Source: Cupriavidus necator
GTDB lineage: Bacteria; Pseudomonadota; Gammaproteobacteria; Burkholderiales; Burkholderiaceae
Length of the DNA stretch: 32,000 nt
Direction: 5' to 3'
Assembly: GCF_016127575.1 (NCBI RefSeq)
Contig: NZ_CP066018.1
Span: 900,001-932,000, forward strand
The notes under the pieces are model-generated. The model saw only the letters and a program-made list of their open reading frames with translations, made no database searches and was not told where the DNA came from. Every line of letters starts with the position of its first letter. Positions within the stretch are counted from its first letter, which is position 1. A program made the position numbers and the translations under genes. Of the stretch, positions 1 to 7,741 are shown piece after piece.

Positions 1-1
1 C

Positions 2-2176
2 CCCGCGGCAATCTCGATGGACGTGATGATGGACCGCACGCCCACCATCCGCGCCTCGCTGCGCGAGGTCGAGAACACGCTGATGATCTCGGTGGCGCTG
101 GTGATCATGGTGGTGTTCGTGTTCCTGCGCAATGTGCGCGCCACCCTTATCCCCAGCGTGGCGGTGCCGGTGTCGCTGATCGGCACGTTCTCGGTGATGT
201 ACCTGGCCGGGTTCTCGCTGAACAACCTGTCGCTGATGGCGCTGACCATCGCCACCGGCTTTGTGGTCGACGATGCCATCGTGGTGCTGGAGAACATCTC
301 GCGTCATATCGAGGAAGGCATGAAGCCGCTTGCCGCGGCACTGCGCGGGGCGCGCGAAGTGGGTTTCACGGTGCTGTCGATGAGCCTGTCGCTGATCGCG
401 GTATTCATCCCGCTGCTGATGATGGGCGGCATCGTCGGCCGGCTGTTCCAGGAATTCGCGATCACGCTGTCGGTGGCGATCCTGGTGTCGCTGGTGGTGT
501 CGCTGACCACCACGCCGATGATGTGCGCACGGATGCTGCGCCCGCCCGAGCCGGAGAAGCAGGGCCGCTTCTTCCGCGCCACCGAGCGCATGTTCCAGTG
601 GCTGCACGACGGCTATGCGCGCTCGCTGTCCACGGCGCTGCGCCTGAGTCCGCTGGTGTGGCTGGTGCTGATCGCCACCATCGCACTCAACGTGTACCTG
701 TACGTGATCGTTCCCAAGGGCTTCTTCCCACAGCAGGACACGGGCCGGCTGATCGGCTTTATCCGCGCCGACCAGGCCACCTCGTTCCAGGCCATGCGCG
801 GCAAGCTCGACAATTTCATCAAGATCGTCCAGTCCGACCCCGCCGTGGTCAACGTGACCGGCTTTACCGGCGGTTCCCAGCGCAATACCGGGCAGATGTT
901 CGTCACGCTCAAGCCGCTGTCGGAGCGCAACGAATCGGCCGACGCCATCATCGCGCGGCTGCGCGGCAAGCTGTCCAAGGAGCCGGGCGCGAGCCTGTTC
1001 CTGCAGTCGGTGCAGGATATCCGCATCGGCGGGCGGCAGAGCAGCTCGCAGTACCAGTTCACGCTGCAGTCGGACGACCTGGAAGTGCTGCGCGCGTGGG
1101 AGCCCAAGGTGCGCGCCGCGTTGTCGAACCTGAAGGGGCTGGAGGATATCGACACCGATACCAACGACAAGGGCCTGCAGACCTCGGTGATCATCGACCG
1201 CGACGCGGCCTCGCGCCTGGGCGTGACCGCGCAGCAGGTGGATGCGGTGCTCAACGATGCCTTCGGCCAGCGGCTGGTGTCCACCATCTACCATCCGCTG
1301 AACCAGTACCGCGTGGTGATGGAGCTGAGCCAGGAATACCTGCAAGGGCCCGATGCGCTCAAGGACATCTACGTGGTCACCGGCAACGGCAACCGCGTGC
1401 CGCTGGCGGCGTTCGCGCGCGTGACCCCGTCCAGCACGCCGCTGGGCGTGAACCACCAGGGCCAGTTCGCGGCCTCGACGATCTCGTTCAACCTGGCCGA
1501 GGGCACTTCGCTGTCGCAGGCGACCGACGCGATCACGCGCGAGATGGCGCGCATCGGCGTGCCGGAGACGCTGCGCGCCAACTTCCAGGGCGGCGCCAAG
1601 GCGTTCCAGGATTCGCTCAAGAGTCAGCCGATCCTGATCCTGGCGGCGCTGATCACGATCTACATCGTGCTGGGCGTGCTGTATGAAAGCTATGTGCATC
1701 CGCTGACGATCCTGTCGACGCTGCCCTCCGCCGGCGTGGGCGCGCTGCTGGCGCTGCTGGCATCGAAGACCGACTTCAGCATCATCGCGCTGATCGGCGT
1801 GATCCTGCTGATCGGCATCGTGAAAAAGAACGCGATCATGATGATCGACTTCGCCATCGATGCCGAACGGCGCGATGGCCTGTCGCCGCGCGACGCGATC
1901 TACCGCGCCTGCCTGCTGCGCTTCCGCCCGATCCTGATGACCACCATGGCCGCGCTGCTGGGCGCGGTGCCGCTGGCAATCGGCCGCGGCGACGGCGCCG
2001 AACTGCGCGCGCCGCTGGGCATCTCCATTGTCGGCGGACTGGTGGTAAGCCAGCTGCTGACGCTGTACACCACGCCGGTGGTCTACCTGACGCTGGACCG
2101 CTGGCGCCTGAAGGTCAAGGCCTGGCGCCAGCGCCGCCGTGGTGCCGGCACGCCTGACCAGCCGGCCGCCGTCTAG
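2..2176 (+). CDS. Efflux RND transporter permease subunit (HAE1 type, MdtB/MdtC/AcrB-like). The N-terminus lies upstream of the window.
   Basis: The reading frame is open from the window edge. The translation has typical RND transmembrane and periplasmic-loop segments ([68 protein letters not shown]). An outer-membrane factor gene follows directly. Confidence 0.93.
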   Translation, partial: PAAISMDVMMDRTPTIRASLREVENTLMISVALVIMVVFVFLRNVRATLIPSVAVPVSLIGTFSVMYLAGFSLNNLSLMALTIATGFVVDDAIVVLENISRHIEEGMKPLAAALRGAREVGFTVLSMSLSLIAVFIPLLMMGGIVGRLFQEFAITLSVAILVSLVVSLTTTPMMCARMLRPPEPEKQGRFFRATERMFQWLHDGYARSLSTALRLSPLVWLVLIATIALNVYLYVIVPKGFFPQQDTGRLIGFIRADQATSFQAMRGKLDNFIKIVQSDPAVVNVTGFTGGSQRNTGQMFVTLKPLSERNESADAIIARLRGKLSKEPGASLFLQSVQDIRIGGRQSSSQYQFTLQSDDLEVLRAWEPKVRAALSNLKGLEDIDTDTNDKGLQTSVIIDRDAASRLGVTAQQVDAVLNDAFGQRLVSTIYHPLNQYRVVMELSQEYLQGPDALKDIYVVTGNGNRVPLAAFARVTPSSTPLGVNHQGQFAASTISFNLAEGTSLSQATDAITREMARIGVPETLRANFQGGAKAFQDSLKSQPILILAALITIYIVLGVLYESYVHPLTILSTLPSAGVGALLALLASKTDFSIIALIGVILLIGIVKKNAIMMIDFAIDAERRDGLSPRDAIYRACLLRFRPILMTTMAALLGAVPLAIGRGDGAELRAPLGISIVGGLVVSQLLTLYTTPVVYLTLDRWRLKVKAWRQRRRGAGTPDQPAAV

Positions 2177-2193
2177 ATTTGCGAAGACTCGAC

Positions 2194-3672
2194 ATGACAG
2201 TTCTTTCCCGCCTCCTGACCCATGCCCTGCCGGTGTCGCTGGCCTGCGCGCTGCTGCTGGCCGGCTGCGCCGTCGGCCCCGACTACCAGCGCCCCGACGC
2301 GCCGGTTTCCGCATCCTTCAAGGAAGCCGATGCCGCCACCCCCGCCTGGACCGGCGACTGGAAGCCCGCCGAGCCGCAGGATGCGCTGGCACGCGCCGAC
2401 TGGTGGACCGTGTTCGGCGATGCGCAGCTCGACGCGCTGATGTCCGAGGTGCAGATCTCGAACCAGAACATCAAGGCCGCCGAGGCGCAGTACCGCCAGG
2501 CGGTGGCGTCGCTGCAGGCCGCGCGCGCCGGCTTCTTCCCGACCGTCGACGCACAGGCCGGCGCCTCGCGCGCGCGCGGCGCCAGCGGCAGCACGCTCAA
2601 CGGGCAGAGCGCGACCCTGGGCGCAACCTGGGAAATCGACGTCTGGGGCCGCGTGCGGCGCCAGGTGGAAAGCAGCGAGGCCAGCGCGCAAGCCAGCCAG
2701 GCCGACCTGGCCTCGACGCTGCTGTCGACACAGGCAACGCTGGCGCAGAGCTACTTCCTGCTGCGCGTGGCCGATGCGCAGAAGGCCCTGCTGGACCGCA
2801 CCGTGGCCGACTACCAGAAGTCGCTGCAGCTGGTGCAGAATCAGTATGCGGCGGGCACCGCGCAGCGCTCGGACGTGCTGCAGTCCGAGACCCAGCTCAA
2901 GAGCGCGCAGGCGCAGCAGATCGACATCCAGATCACGCGCGCGCAGCTGGAGCACGCCATCGCGGTGCTGGTGGGCAAGCCGCCCGCGGCGCTGACGCTG
3001 GTCGCCGACGACTTCCGCACCGCGCTGCCGCGCGTGCCGGCCGCGGTGCCGTCGCAACTGCTGGAACGCCGCCCAGACATCGGCGCGGCCGAGCGCCGCA
3101 TGGCCTCGGCCAATGCGCAGATCGGCGTGGCGCAGGCGGCCTACTATCCGACCCTGTCGCTGTCGGCCAGCGGCGGCCTGACCGCCAGCACGCTGGCGCG
3201 CTGGATGTCGCTGCCGGACCGGATCTGGTCGATCGGCGGCGGCCTGGCCGGCACGCTGTTCGACGGCGGGCTGCGCAGCGCGGCCAAGGCGCAGGCGGTG
3301 GCGGCCTACGACCAGGCCGTGGCCAACTACCGCCAGACCGTGCTGGGCGCGTTCCAGGAAGTCGAGGACAACCTCGCCGCGCAACGGCTGCTGGAACAGG
3401 AAGCGGTGGTGCAGAACGACGCGCTGCGCTCGGCGCGCGAGGCGCTGGTGCTGGTGAACAACCGCTACCGCGCCGGCACCGCTGGCCTGCTCGACGTGCT
3501 GACGGCGCAGACCAGCGCCTATACCGCCGAGCGCACCGCGCTGTCGATCGCCGGCCGCCAGTACACGGCGGCGGTGGTACTGATCAAGGCGCTGGGCGGC
3601 GGCTGGCATGCGCCCGGTGCGGAGGCTGCGCCGGCACAGGCCGGTTCGAACCAGGCCGTCAGCCAGCGCTAG
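2194..3672 (+). CDS. Efflux outer-membrane factor lipoprotein, NodT/OprM family
   Basis: It has a signal peptide plus lipobox (LLLAGC) followed by GPDYQRP, the hallmark start of NodT-family OMFs. It has two OEP-like halves and starts 18 nt after the RND stop. ATG 2194 is preferred over TTG 2179, but the start is uncertain. Confidence 0.9.
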   Translation: MTVLSRLLTHALPVSLACALLLAGCAVGPDYQRPDAPVSASFKEADAATPAWTGDWKPAEPQDALARADWWTVFGDAQLDALMSEVQISNQNIKAAEAQYRQAVASLQAARAGFFPTVDAQAGASRARGASGSTLNGQSATLGATWEIDVWGRVRRQVESSEASAQASQADLASTLLSTQATLAQSYFLLRVADAQKALLDRTVADYQKSLQLVQNQYAAGTAQRSDVLQSETQLKSAQAQQIDIQITRAQLEHAIAVLVGKPPAALTLVADDFRTALPRVPAAVPSQLLERRPDIGAAERRMASANAQIGVAQAAYYPTLSLSASGGLTASTLARWMSLPDRIWSIGGGLAGTLFDGGLRSAAKAQAVAAYDQAVANYRQTVLGAFQEVEDNLAAQRLLEQEAVVQNDALRSAREALVLVNNRYRAGTAGLLDVLTAQTSAYTAERTALSIAGRQYTAAVVLIKALGGGWHAPGAEAAPAQAGSNQAVSQR

Positions 3673-4564
3673 CCGCAGGCGCGCGCGGCAGCGGCTGTTG
3701 GCAGATGCGCTCGCGCAGCCAGGTGGCAGCCTTGCCCAGCGGCCGCTGCTTGTGCCAGACCAGCTCCATCGCCACCGGCCAGTCCTGCTGCTGGAATGCC
3801 AGCGGCGGCGTCACCAGCCGCGCCGCGGCCGGCGAATTGGCCACCACGTGCCACGGCACGAAGGCCCAGCCCAGCCCGCGCTTGACCAGCTCCACGATCA
3901 CCCACTGGCTTTCCACCCACCACACGTCCGCGGCCACGCGCAGGCGCATCTTCTCTTCGCTGTCTGAGCGGGTGGCGACCATCAGCTGGCGATAGCGCTT
4001 CAGTTCCTCCCAGTCCACACGCTGGCCGGCCAGCGGATGCTCGGGCGCGCACAGGATCTGCATCGGCACCCAGCCCAGCGCATGGAAGCCCAGCGCCGGT
4101 GGCAGCACCTCCTGCCGCCACATGATGCCGAGGTCGGCGCCGCCCTCCAGGACCAGCCGGCTGACGTCCTCCATCAGCGGAAACAGCAACTCAAGCTCCA
4201 CCGCCGGGAAGCGGCTGGAGAACTCTTCCAGCAGCATGCCCAGCGTCTCTTCCGGATAGAGCTCGTCCACCGCCAGCACCAGCCGCGTCTCCACGCCCTC
4301 GCCCAGGCTCTTGGCCACGCCGCGGAAGTGCTCGCAGCGCTCCAGGATCACGCGCGCCTCGGCCAGCAGCCGCTCGCCCGCGGGGGTCAGTACCGGGTAA
4401 CGGGCGGAGCGGTCGAACAGCGCGTTGCCGGCGTCGATTTCCAGGTTGGACACCGCCGCGCTGACCACCGACTGCGCCTTGCCCAGCCGGCGCGCGGCGG
4501 CCGAGAACGAACCGGTGTCAGCCGCCGCGACGAATGCCTGCAATTGCTCGATGGAGAGGCTCAT
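3659..4564 (-). CDS. LysR-family transcriptional regulator (AceR-like by context)
   Basis: The N-terminal wHTH is MSLSIEQLQAFVAAADTGSFSAAARRLGKAQSVVSAAVSNLE, followed by a LysR substrate-binding fold (301 aa). It is divergent from the PACE transporter gene. The track ORF 3659..5263 is an upstream over-extension; CAT is at 4562-4564. Confidence 0.9.
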   Translation of the reverse strand: MSLSIEQLQAFVAAADTGSFSAAARRLGKAQSVVSAAVSNLEIDAGNALFDRSARYPVLTPAGERLLAEARVILERCEHFRGVAKSLGEGVETRLVLAVDELYPEETLGMLLEEFSSRFPAVELELLFPLMEDVSRLVLEGGADLGIMWRQEVLPPALGFHALGWVPMQILCAPEHPLAGQRVDWEELKRYRQLMVATRSDSEEKMRLRVAADVWWVESQWVIVELVKRGLGWAFVPWHVVANSPAAARLVTPPLAFQQQDWPVAMELVWHKQRPLGKAATWLRERICQQPLPRAPAASAG

Positions 4565-4584
4565 AAATAACTTTCCATGCTTAT

Positions 4585-4636
4585 CTATCTGTTTTACAGA
4601 TAGTATCCAACTTGGCAATCCCTGCCCAGCAGATAG
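4585..4636. promoter_or_regulatory. Putative LysR operator: a perfect 8-3-8 palindrome CTATCTGT-TTT-ACAGATAG containing T-N11-A, plus a downstream GCAGATAG half-site
   Basis: Read directly from the sequence. 4585-4592 is the reverse complement of 4596-4603. TCTGTTTTACAGA (4588-4600) fits T-N11-A. A third 7/8 half-site lies at 4629-4636. All sit in the 111-bp divergent spacer between the LysR and PACE genes. Confidence 0.45.
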
Positions 4637-4675
4637 ACTAGCTCCCATCGCGTTTGACACGCAAGGAGAACAACG

Positions 4676-5128
4676 ATGCGCAAGACCTGGGACCGGATTC
4701 GCCACGCCGTCGGCTTCGAGGTGGTCGGCCTGCTGATTTTCGCGCCGCTGGCCAGCTGGGCCTTCGGCTACGAACTGCACGAGATGGGCGTGATCGGAGC
4801 GGTCGCCTCGCTGATCGCCACCGGCTGGAACTACCTGTACAACGTGCTGTTCGACAAGGGCATGCTGCGTTTCACCGGCCAGCTGCGCAAGTCGGTGCCG
4901 GTGCGCGTGCTGCACGCCGTGCTGTTCGAGCTGGGCCTGCTGGTGGTGTTCCTGCCGTCGGTGGCCTGGTACCTGGACATCAGCCTGGTCGATGCGCTCA
5001 TCATGGACCTCGCCGTGGCCGGCTTCTACATGGTCTACGCGCTGGTGTACAACTGGCTGTACGACATCGTCTTCCCGGTGCCTTCGCTGCAGGCACAAGC
5101 CAAGCCGGAAGGCGCCGCGCTCGGCTGA
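4676..5128 (+). CDS. PACE-family (AceI-like, bacterial transmembrane pair domain) efflux transporter
   Basis: It is 150 aa with four predicted TM helices as two repeats. Each repeat carries the R-x-x-H-A-x-x-F-E motif (RIRHAVGFEV; RVLHAVLFELG), plus WNYLYNVLFD and YNWLYD. The SD AAGGAGA lies 7 nt upstream. Its divergent LysR partner matches the aceR/aceI arrangement. Confidence 0.85.
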   Translation: MRKTWDRIRHAVGFEVVGLLIFAPLASWAFGYELHEMGVIGAVASLIATGWNYLYNVLFDKGMLRFTGQLRKSVPVRVLHAVLFELGLLVVFLPSVAWYLDISLVDALIMDLAVAGFYMVYALVYNWLYDIVFPVPSLQAQAKPEGAALG

Positions 5129-5143
5129 GCGCGGGTTTTTCCC

Positions 5144-5169
5144 GACCCCGGAGGCGTCACTCCGGGGTC
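5144..5169 (+). terminator. Hairpin after the PACE gene (9-bp perfect stem GACCCCGGA/TCCGGGGTC, 8-nt loop)
   Basis: Seen in the sequence 16 nt after the TGA at 5126-5128. The trailing tract is only UUCCCCAUCUU, so it is a weak intrinsic terminator at best. Confidence 0.35.
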
Positions 5170-5178
5170 TTCCCCATC

Positions 5179-5230
5179 TTGTCGCATCCGGTCGAATTGT
5201 TATACTCCATAACAAATCCAATTCGACCGG
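5179..5230 (+). promoter_or_regulatory. Candidate sigma-70 promoter (TTGTCG-N16-TATACT) overlapped by a long imperfect palindrome (operator candidate)
   Basis: -35 TTGTCG is at 5179-5184 and -10 TATACT at 5201-5206. The 12-nt arms CCGGTCGAATTG (5188-5199) and CAATTCGACCGG (5219-5230) are perfect reverse complements. An inner GTTAT-ACTCC-ATAAC lies between them. The site is about 55 nt upstream of the hydroxylase ATG. Confidence 0.35.
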
Positions 5231-5284
5231 AGGCAGCGCGCCCGCGCTTGCGTACCGGCGCATCCTGCACGCGGGGGAGACACC

Positions 5285-6538
5285 ATGAAGATCGCAATCG
5301 CCGGTGGCGGCATCGGCGGACTGACGCTGGCGCTGCTATGCCACCGCCACGGCATCGAGGCCGAGGTCTGGGAGGCCAGCGAAACGCTGCGCCCGCTGGG
5401 CGTGGGCATCAACCTGCTGCCGCACGCCGTGCGTATCCTGTCCGAGCTGGGACTGCGCGACGCGCTGGCGGATATCGCCATCGAGACCTCGTCGCTCTCG
5501 TACTACAACAAGCGCGGCCAGCGCATCTGGCATGAGCCGCGCGGGCTGGCGGCCGGCTACGACTGGCCGCAATTCTCGATCCATCGCGGCGAATTCCAGA
5601 TGCTGTTGCACCGTACCGCGGTGGAGCGCCTGGGCGCCGGCGCCGTGCATACCGGCCATGGCTTCGAGACCGTGCTGGACACCGGCGCGGGCGGACAGGC
5701 GCGCTTTGGCCTGCGCCGCCGCAGCGACAATGCCGAGGTCGAGGCCAGCGCCGATGTGCTGGTCGGCGCCGACGGCATCCACTCGGCGGTGCGCCGCCAT
5801 TTCTACCCCACCGGCGACCTGCCGCGTTTTTCGCGCCGCCTGCTGTGGCGTGCGGTCACCGAGGCGCCGCCCTACCTGGACGGCCGCTCGATGTTCATGG
5901 CCGGGCACCAGGACCAGAAGTTCGTGGCCTATCCGATCTCGGAGCCGCTGCGCCGCCAGGGCCGCTCGCTGGTCAACTGGATCGCCGAGCTGCGCGTGCC
6001 CGACAGCGTGCCCGACACCCCGCCGCGCAGCGACTGGAACAAGCAGGTCGACAAATCCGTGTTCTGCGCCGCGTTTGCCGACTGGCGGTGGGACTGGATC
6101 GACATCCCCGCGCTGATCGACGGTGCCGAGGCGATCTACGAATTCCCGATGGTCGACAAGGACCCGCTGCCGCGCTGGACCTTCGACCGCGTCACGCTGC
6201 TGGGCGACGCCGCGCACCCGATGTACCCGATCGGCTCGAACGGCAGCGCCCAGGCGATCCTGGACGCGCGCTACCTGCTCGACAGCCTGCTCGGCACGCC
6301 CGACACCGGCTACGCGCTGCGCGAATACGAGGCCGAGCGCCTGCCGCGCACCGCCGGAATCGTGCTGCGCAACCGCATGAACGGGCCCGAGCAGGTGATG
6401 CAGCTGGCCGAGGAACGCGCGCCGCAGGGCTTTGCCGACATCGACCAGGTGATCCCGCGCGCGGAACTGGAGGCGATCTCGCTGCGGTACAAGCAGCTGG
6501 CGGGATTCGACCGGCAGTCGATGCAGGGCAGGCGGTAG
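5285..6538 (+). CDS. FAD-dependent aromatic monooxygenase, PhzS-like subgroup
   Basis: Motifs present are the GxGxxG dinucleotide fold (KIAIAGGGIGGLTLAL), GADGIHSAVRRHF, and LLGDAAHPMYPIGSNGSAQAILDA. The last is the YP(I/M)G(S/A)NG..QAILD variant I recall from PhzS-type hydroxylases. The SD GGGGGAGA precedes the ATG. Confidence 0.9.
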   Translation: MKIAIAGGGIGGLTLALLCHRHGIEAEVWEASETLRPLGVGINLLPHAVRILSELGLRDALADIAIETSSLSYYNKRGQRIWHEPRGLAAGYDWPQFSIHRGEFQMLLHRTAVERLGAGAVHTGHGFETVLDTGAGGQARFGLRRRSDNAEVEASADVLVGADGIHSAVRRHFYPTGDLPRFSRRLLWRAVTEAPPYLDGRSMFMAGHQDQKFVAYPISEPLRRQGRSLVNWIAELRVPDSVPDTPPRSDWNKQVDKSVFCAAFADWRWDWIDIPALIDGAEAIYEFPMVDKDPLPRWTFDRVTLLGDAAHPMYPIGSNGSAQAILDARYLLDSLLGTPDTGYALREYEAERLPRTAGIVLRNRMNGPEQVMQLAEERAPQGFADIDQVIPRAELEAISLRYKQLAGFDRQSMQGRR

Positions 6539-6589
6539 GATCCGGCAGGTTTGACAATGCAGAACAAGACCATCGAGAGAGGAGACACC

Positions 6590-7741
6590 ATGGCGCCCCT
6601 GACCACCACCAAGCTGGCCCGCCTCGCACTGGCCGCGGCCCTCGCCTTCAGCGCCGGCAGTGCGCTGGCCGACATCACCGTCGGCGTCAGCCTGTCCACC
6701 ACCGGCCCGTCGGCGTCGCTGGGTATCCCGCAGAAGAACTCGCTGGCCTACCTGCCGCAGAAGATCGGCGGCGAAGCGGTACGCTACATCGTGCTGGACG
6801 ATGCCTCGGACCCCACCCAGGGCGCCAAGGTGGCGCGCCGCTTTGTCTCCGAGGACAAGGTCGACATCATCCTGGGCTCGTCCGCGGTGGCGCCGTCGAT
6901 CGCCATTGCCGAGGTGGCCGATGAGGCCCAGACCGTGCAGCTGGCGTTCTCGCCGATCGAACTCAAGCCCGGGCGCGGTGGCTGGACCTTCCGGCTGGCG
7001 CAGCCGGTGCGGCTGATGGCCAATGCCGTGGCCGCCACCGCCAAAACCAACGGCGTCAAGACCATCGGCTTTATCGGCTTTGCCGATGCCTACGGCGAGA
7101 CCTGGCTGAAGGACTTCACCGCCGCCGCCAGCGCCAACGGCATCCGCCTGATCGCCACCGAGCGCTACGGCCGCGCCGATACCAGCGTGACCGCGCAGGC
7201 CATCAAGCTGATTGCCGCCAAACCCGACGCCATTTTGATCGCCGGCGCCGGCACCGGCGCCGCGCTGCCGCACACCACGCTGCGCGAGCGCGGCTACGGC
7301 GGCACCATCTACCACACCCATGGCGCGGCCACCAAGGACCTGATCCGCATCGGCGGGCGCATGGTCAATGGCGCGATCCTGCCGGCCGGGCCGGTGATCG
7401 TGCCGGAGCAGTTGCCCGCGGGCGACCCGGTGCGCAAGCCGGGGCTGGACTACGTCACCCGCTATGAGAAGCAATACGGGGCCGACAGCCGCACGCAGTT
7501 CGGCGCCCACGCCTACGACGCCGGGCTGGTGCTGGAGCGCATCGTGCCGGTGGCGCTCAGGCACGCCAGGCCGGGAACGCCGGCATTCCGCCAGGCGCTG
7601 CGGCAGGCACTGGAGACCGAGCGCGACATCGTGGTCTCGCACGGCGTGCTGAATTACAGTGGGCAAGACCACTATGGCTTCGACCAGCGCGGGCGGGTTA
7701 TGCTGACCATCGACAACGGCAACTGGAAACTGCTGAAATGA
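6590..7741 (+). CDS. Periplasmic substrate-binding protein, LivJ/Peripla_BP_6 type (ABC-type), with no cognate permease or ATPase genes nearby
   Basis: The signal peptide is LALAAALAFSAGSALA, followed by DITVGVSLSTTGP, typical of type-I PBPs of the branched-chain/aromatic-acid binding family. GGAGA lies 5 nt before ATG 6590. The track start at 6551 is a TTG over-extension. Confidence 0.88.
   Translation: MAPLTTTKLARLALAAALAFSAGSALADITVGVSLSTTGPSASLGIPQKNSLAYLPQKIGGEAVRYIVLDDASDPTQGAKVARRFVSEDKVDIILGSSAVAPSIAIAEVADEAQTVQLAFSPIELKPGRGGWTFRLAQPVRLMANAVAATAKTNGVKTIGFIGFADAYGETWLKDFTAAASANGIRLIATERYGRADTSVTAQAIKLIAAKPDAILIAGAGTGAALPHTTLRERGYGGTIYHTHGAATKDLIRIGGRMVNGAILPAGPVIVPEQLPAGDPVRKPGLDYVTRYEKQYGADSRTQFGAHAYDAGLVLERIVPVALRHARPGTPAFRQALRQALETERDIVVSHGVLNYSGQDHYGFDQRGRVMLTIDNGNWKLLK

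Noticed and set aside
2139-3995. A 618-aa alternative-frame ORF on the plus strand and a 478-aa antisense ORF (2173..3609) over the OMF gene.
   Set aside because: The OMF frame has a lipobox and NodT signature, while these frames are Arg/Pro/Ala low complexity. The ORFs at 523..1686, 9082..10491, 19615..21057, 21826..23178 and 28929..30482 were rejected for the same reason.
4612-4626. A TGGCAATCCCTGC motif in the aceR/aceI spacer that looks like a sigma-54 promoter.
   Set aside because: The GG-to-GC spacing is 8 nt, not the required 10, and there is no TTGC at the -12 position.
4654-4659. A perfect TTGACA hexamer upstream of the PACE gene.
   Set aside because: It lies only 16 nt from the ATG, so a -10 box would overlap the Shine-Dalgarno. 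It cannot be the -35 of a promoter for this gene.
3659-5263. A 534-aa reading of the LysR frame extending upstream across the PACE gene.
   Set aside because: The LysR HTH begins at the internal Met (CAT 4562-4564). The upstream part is antisense to the PACE gene and the AT-rich spacer, and it contains no domain.
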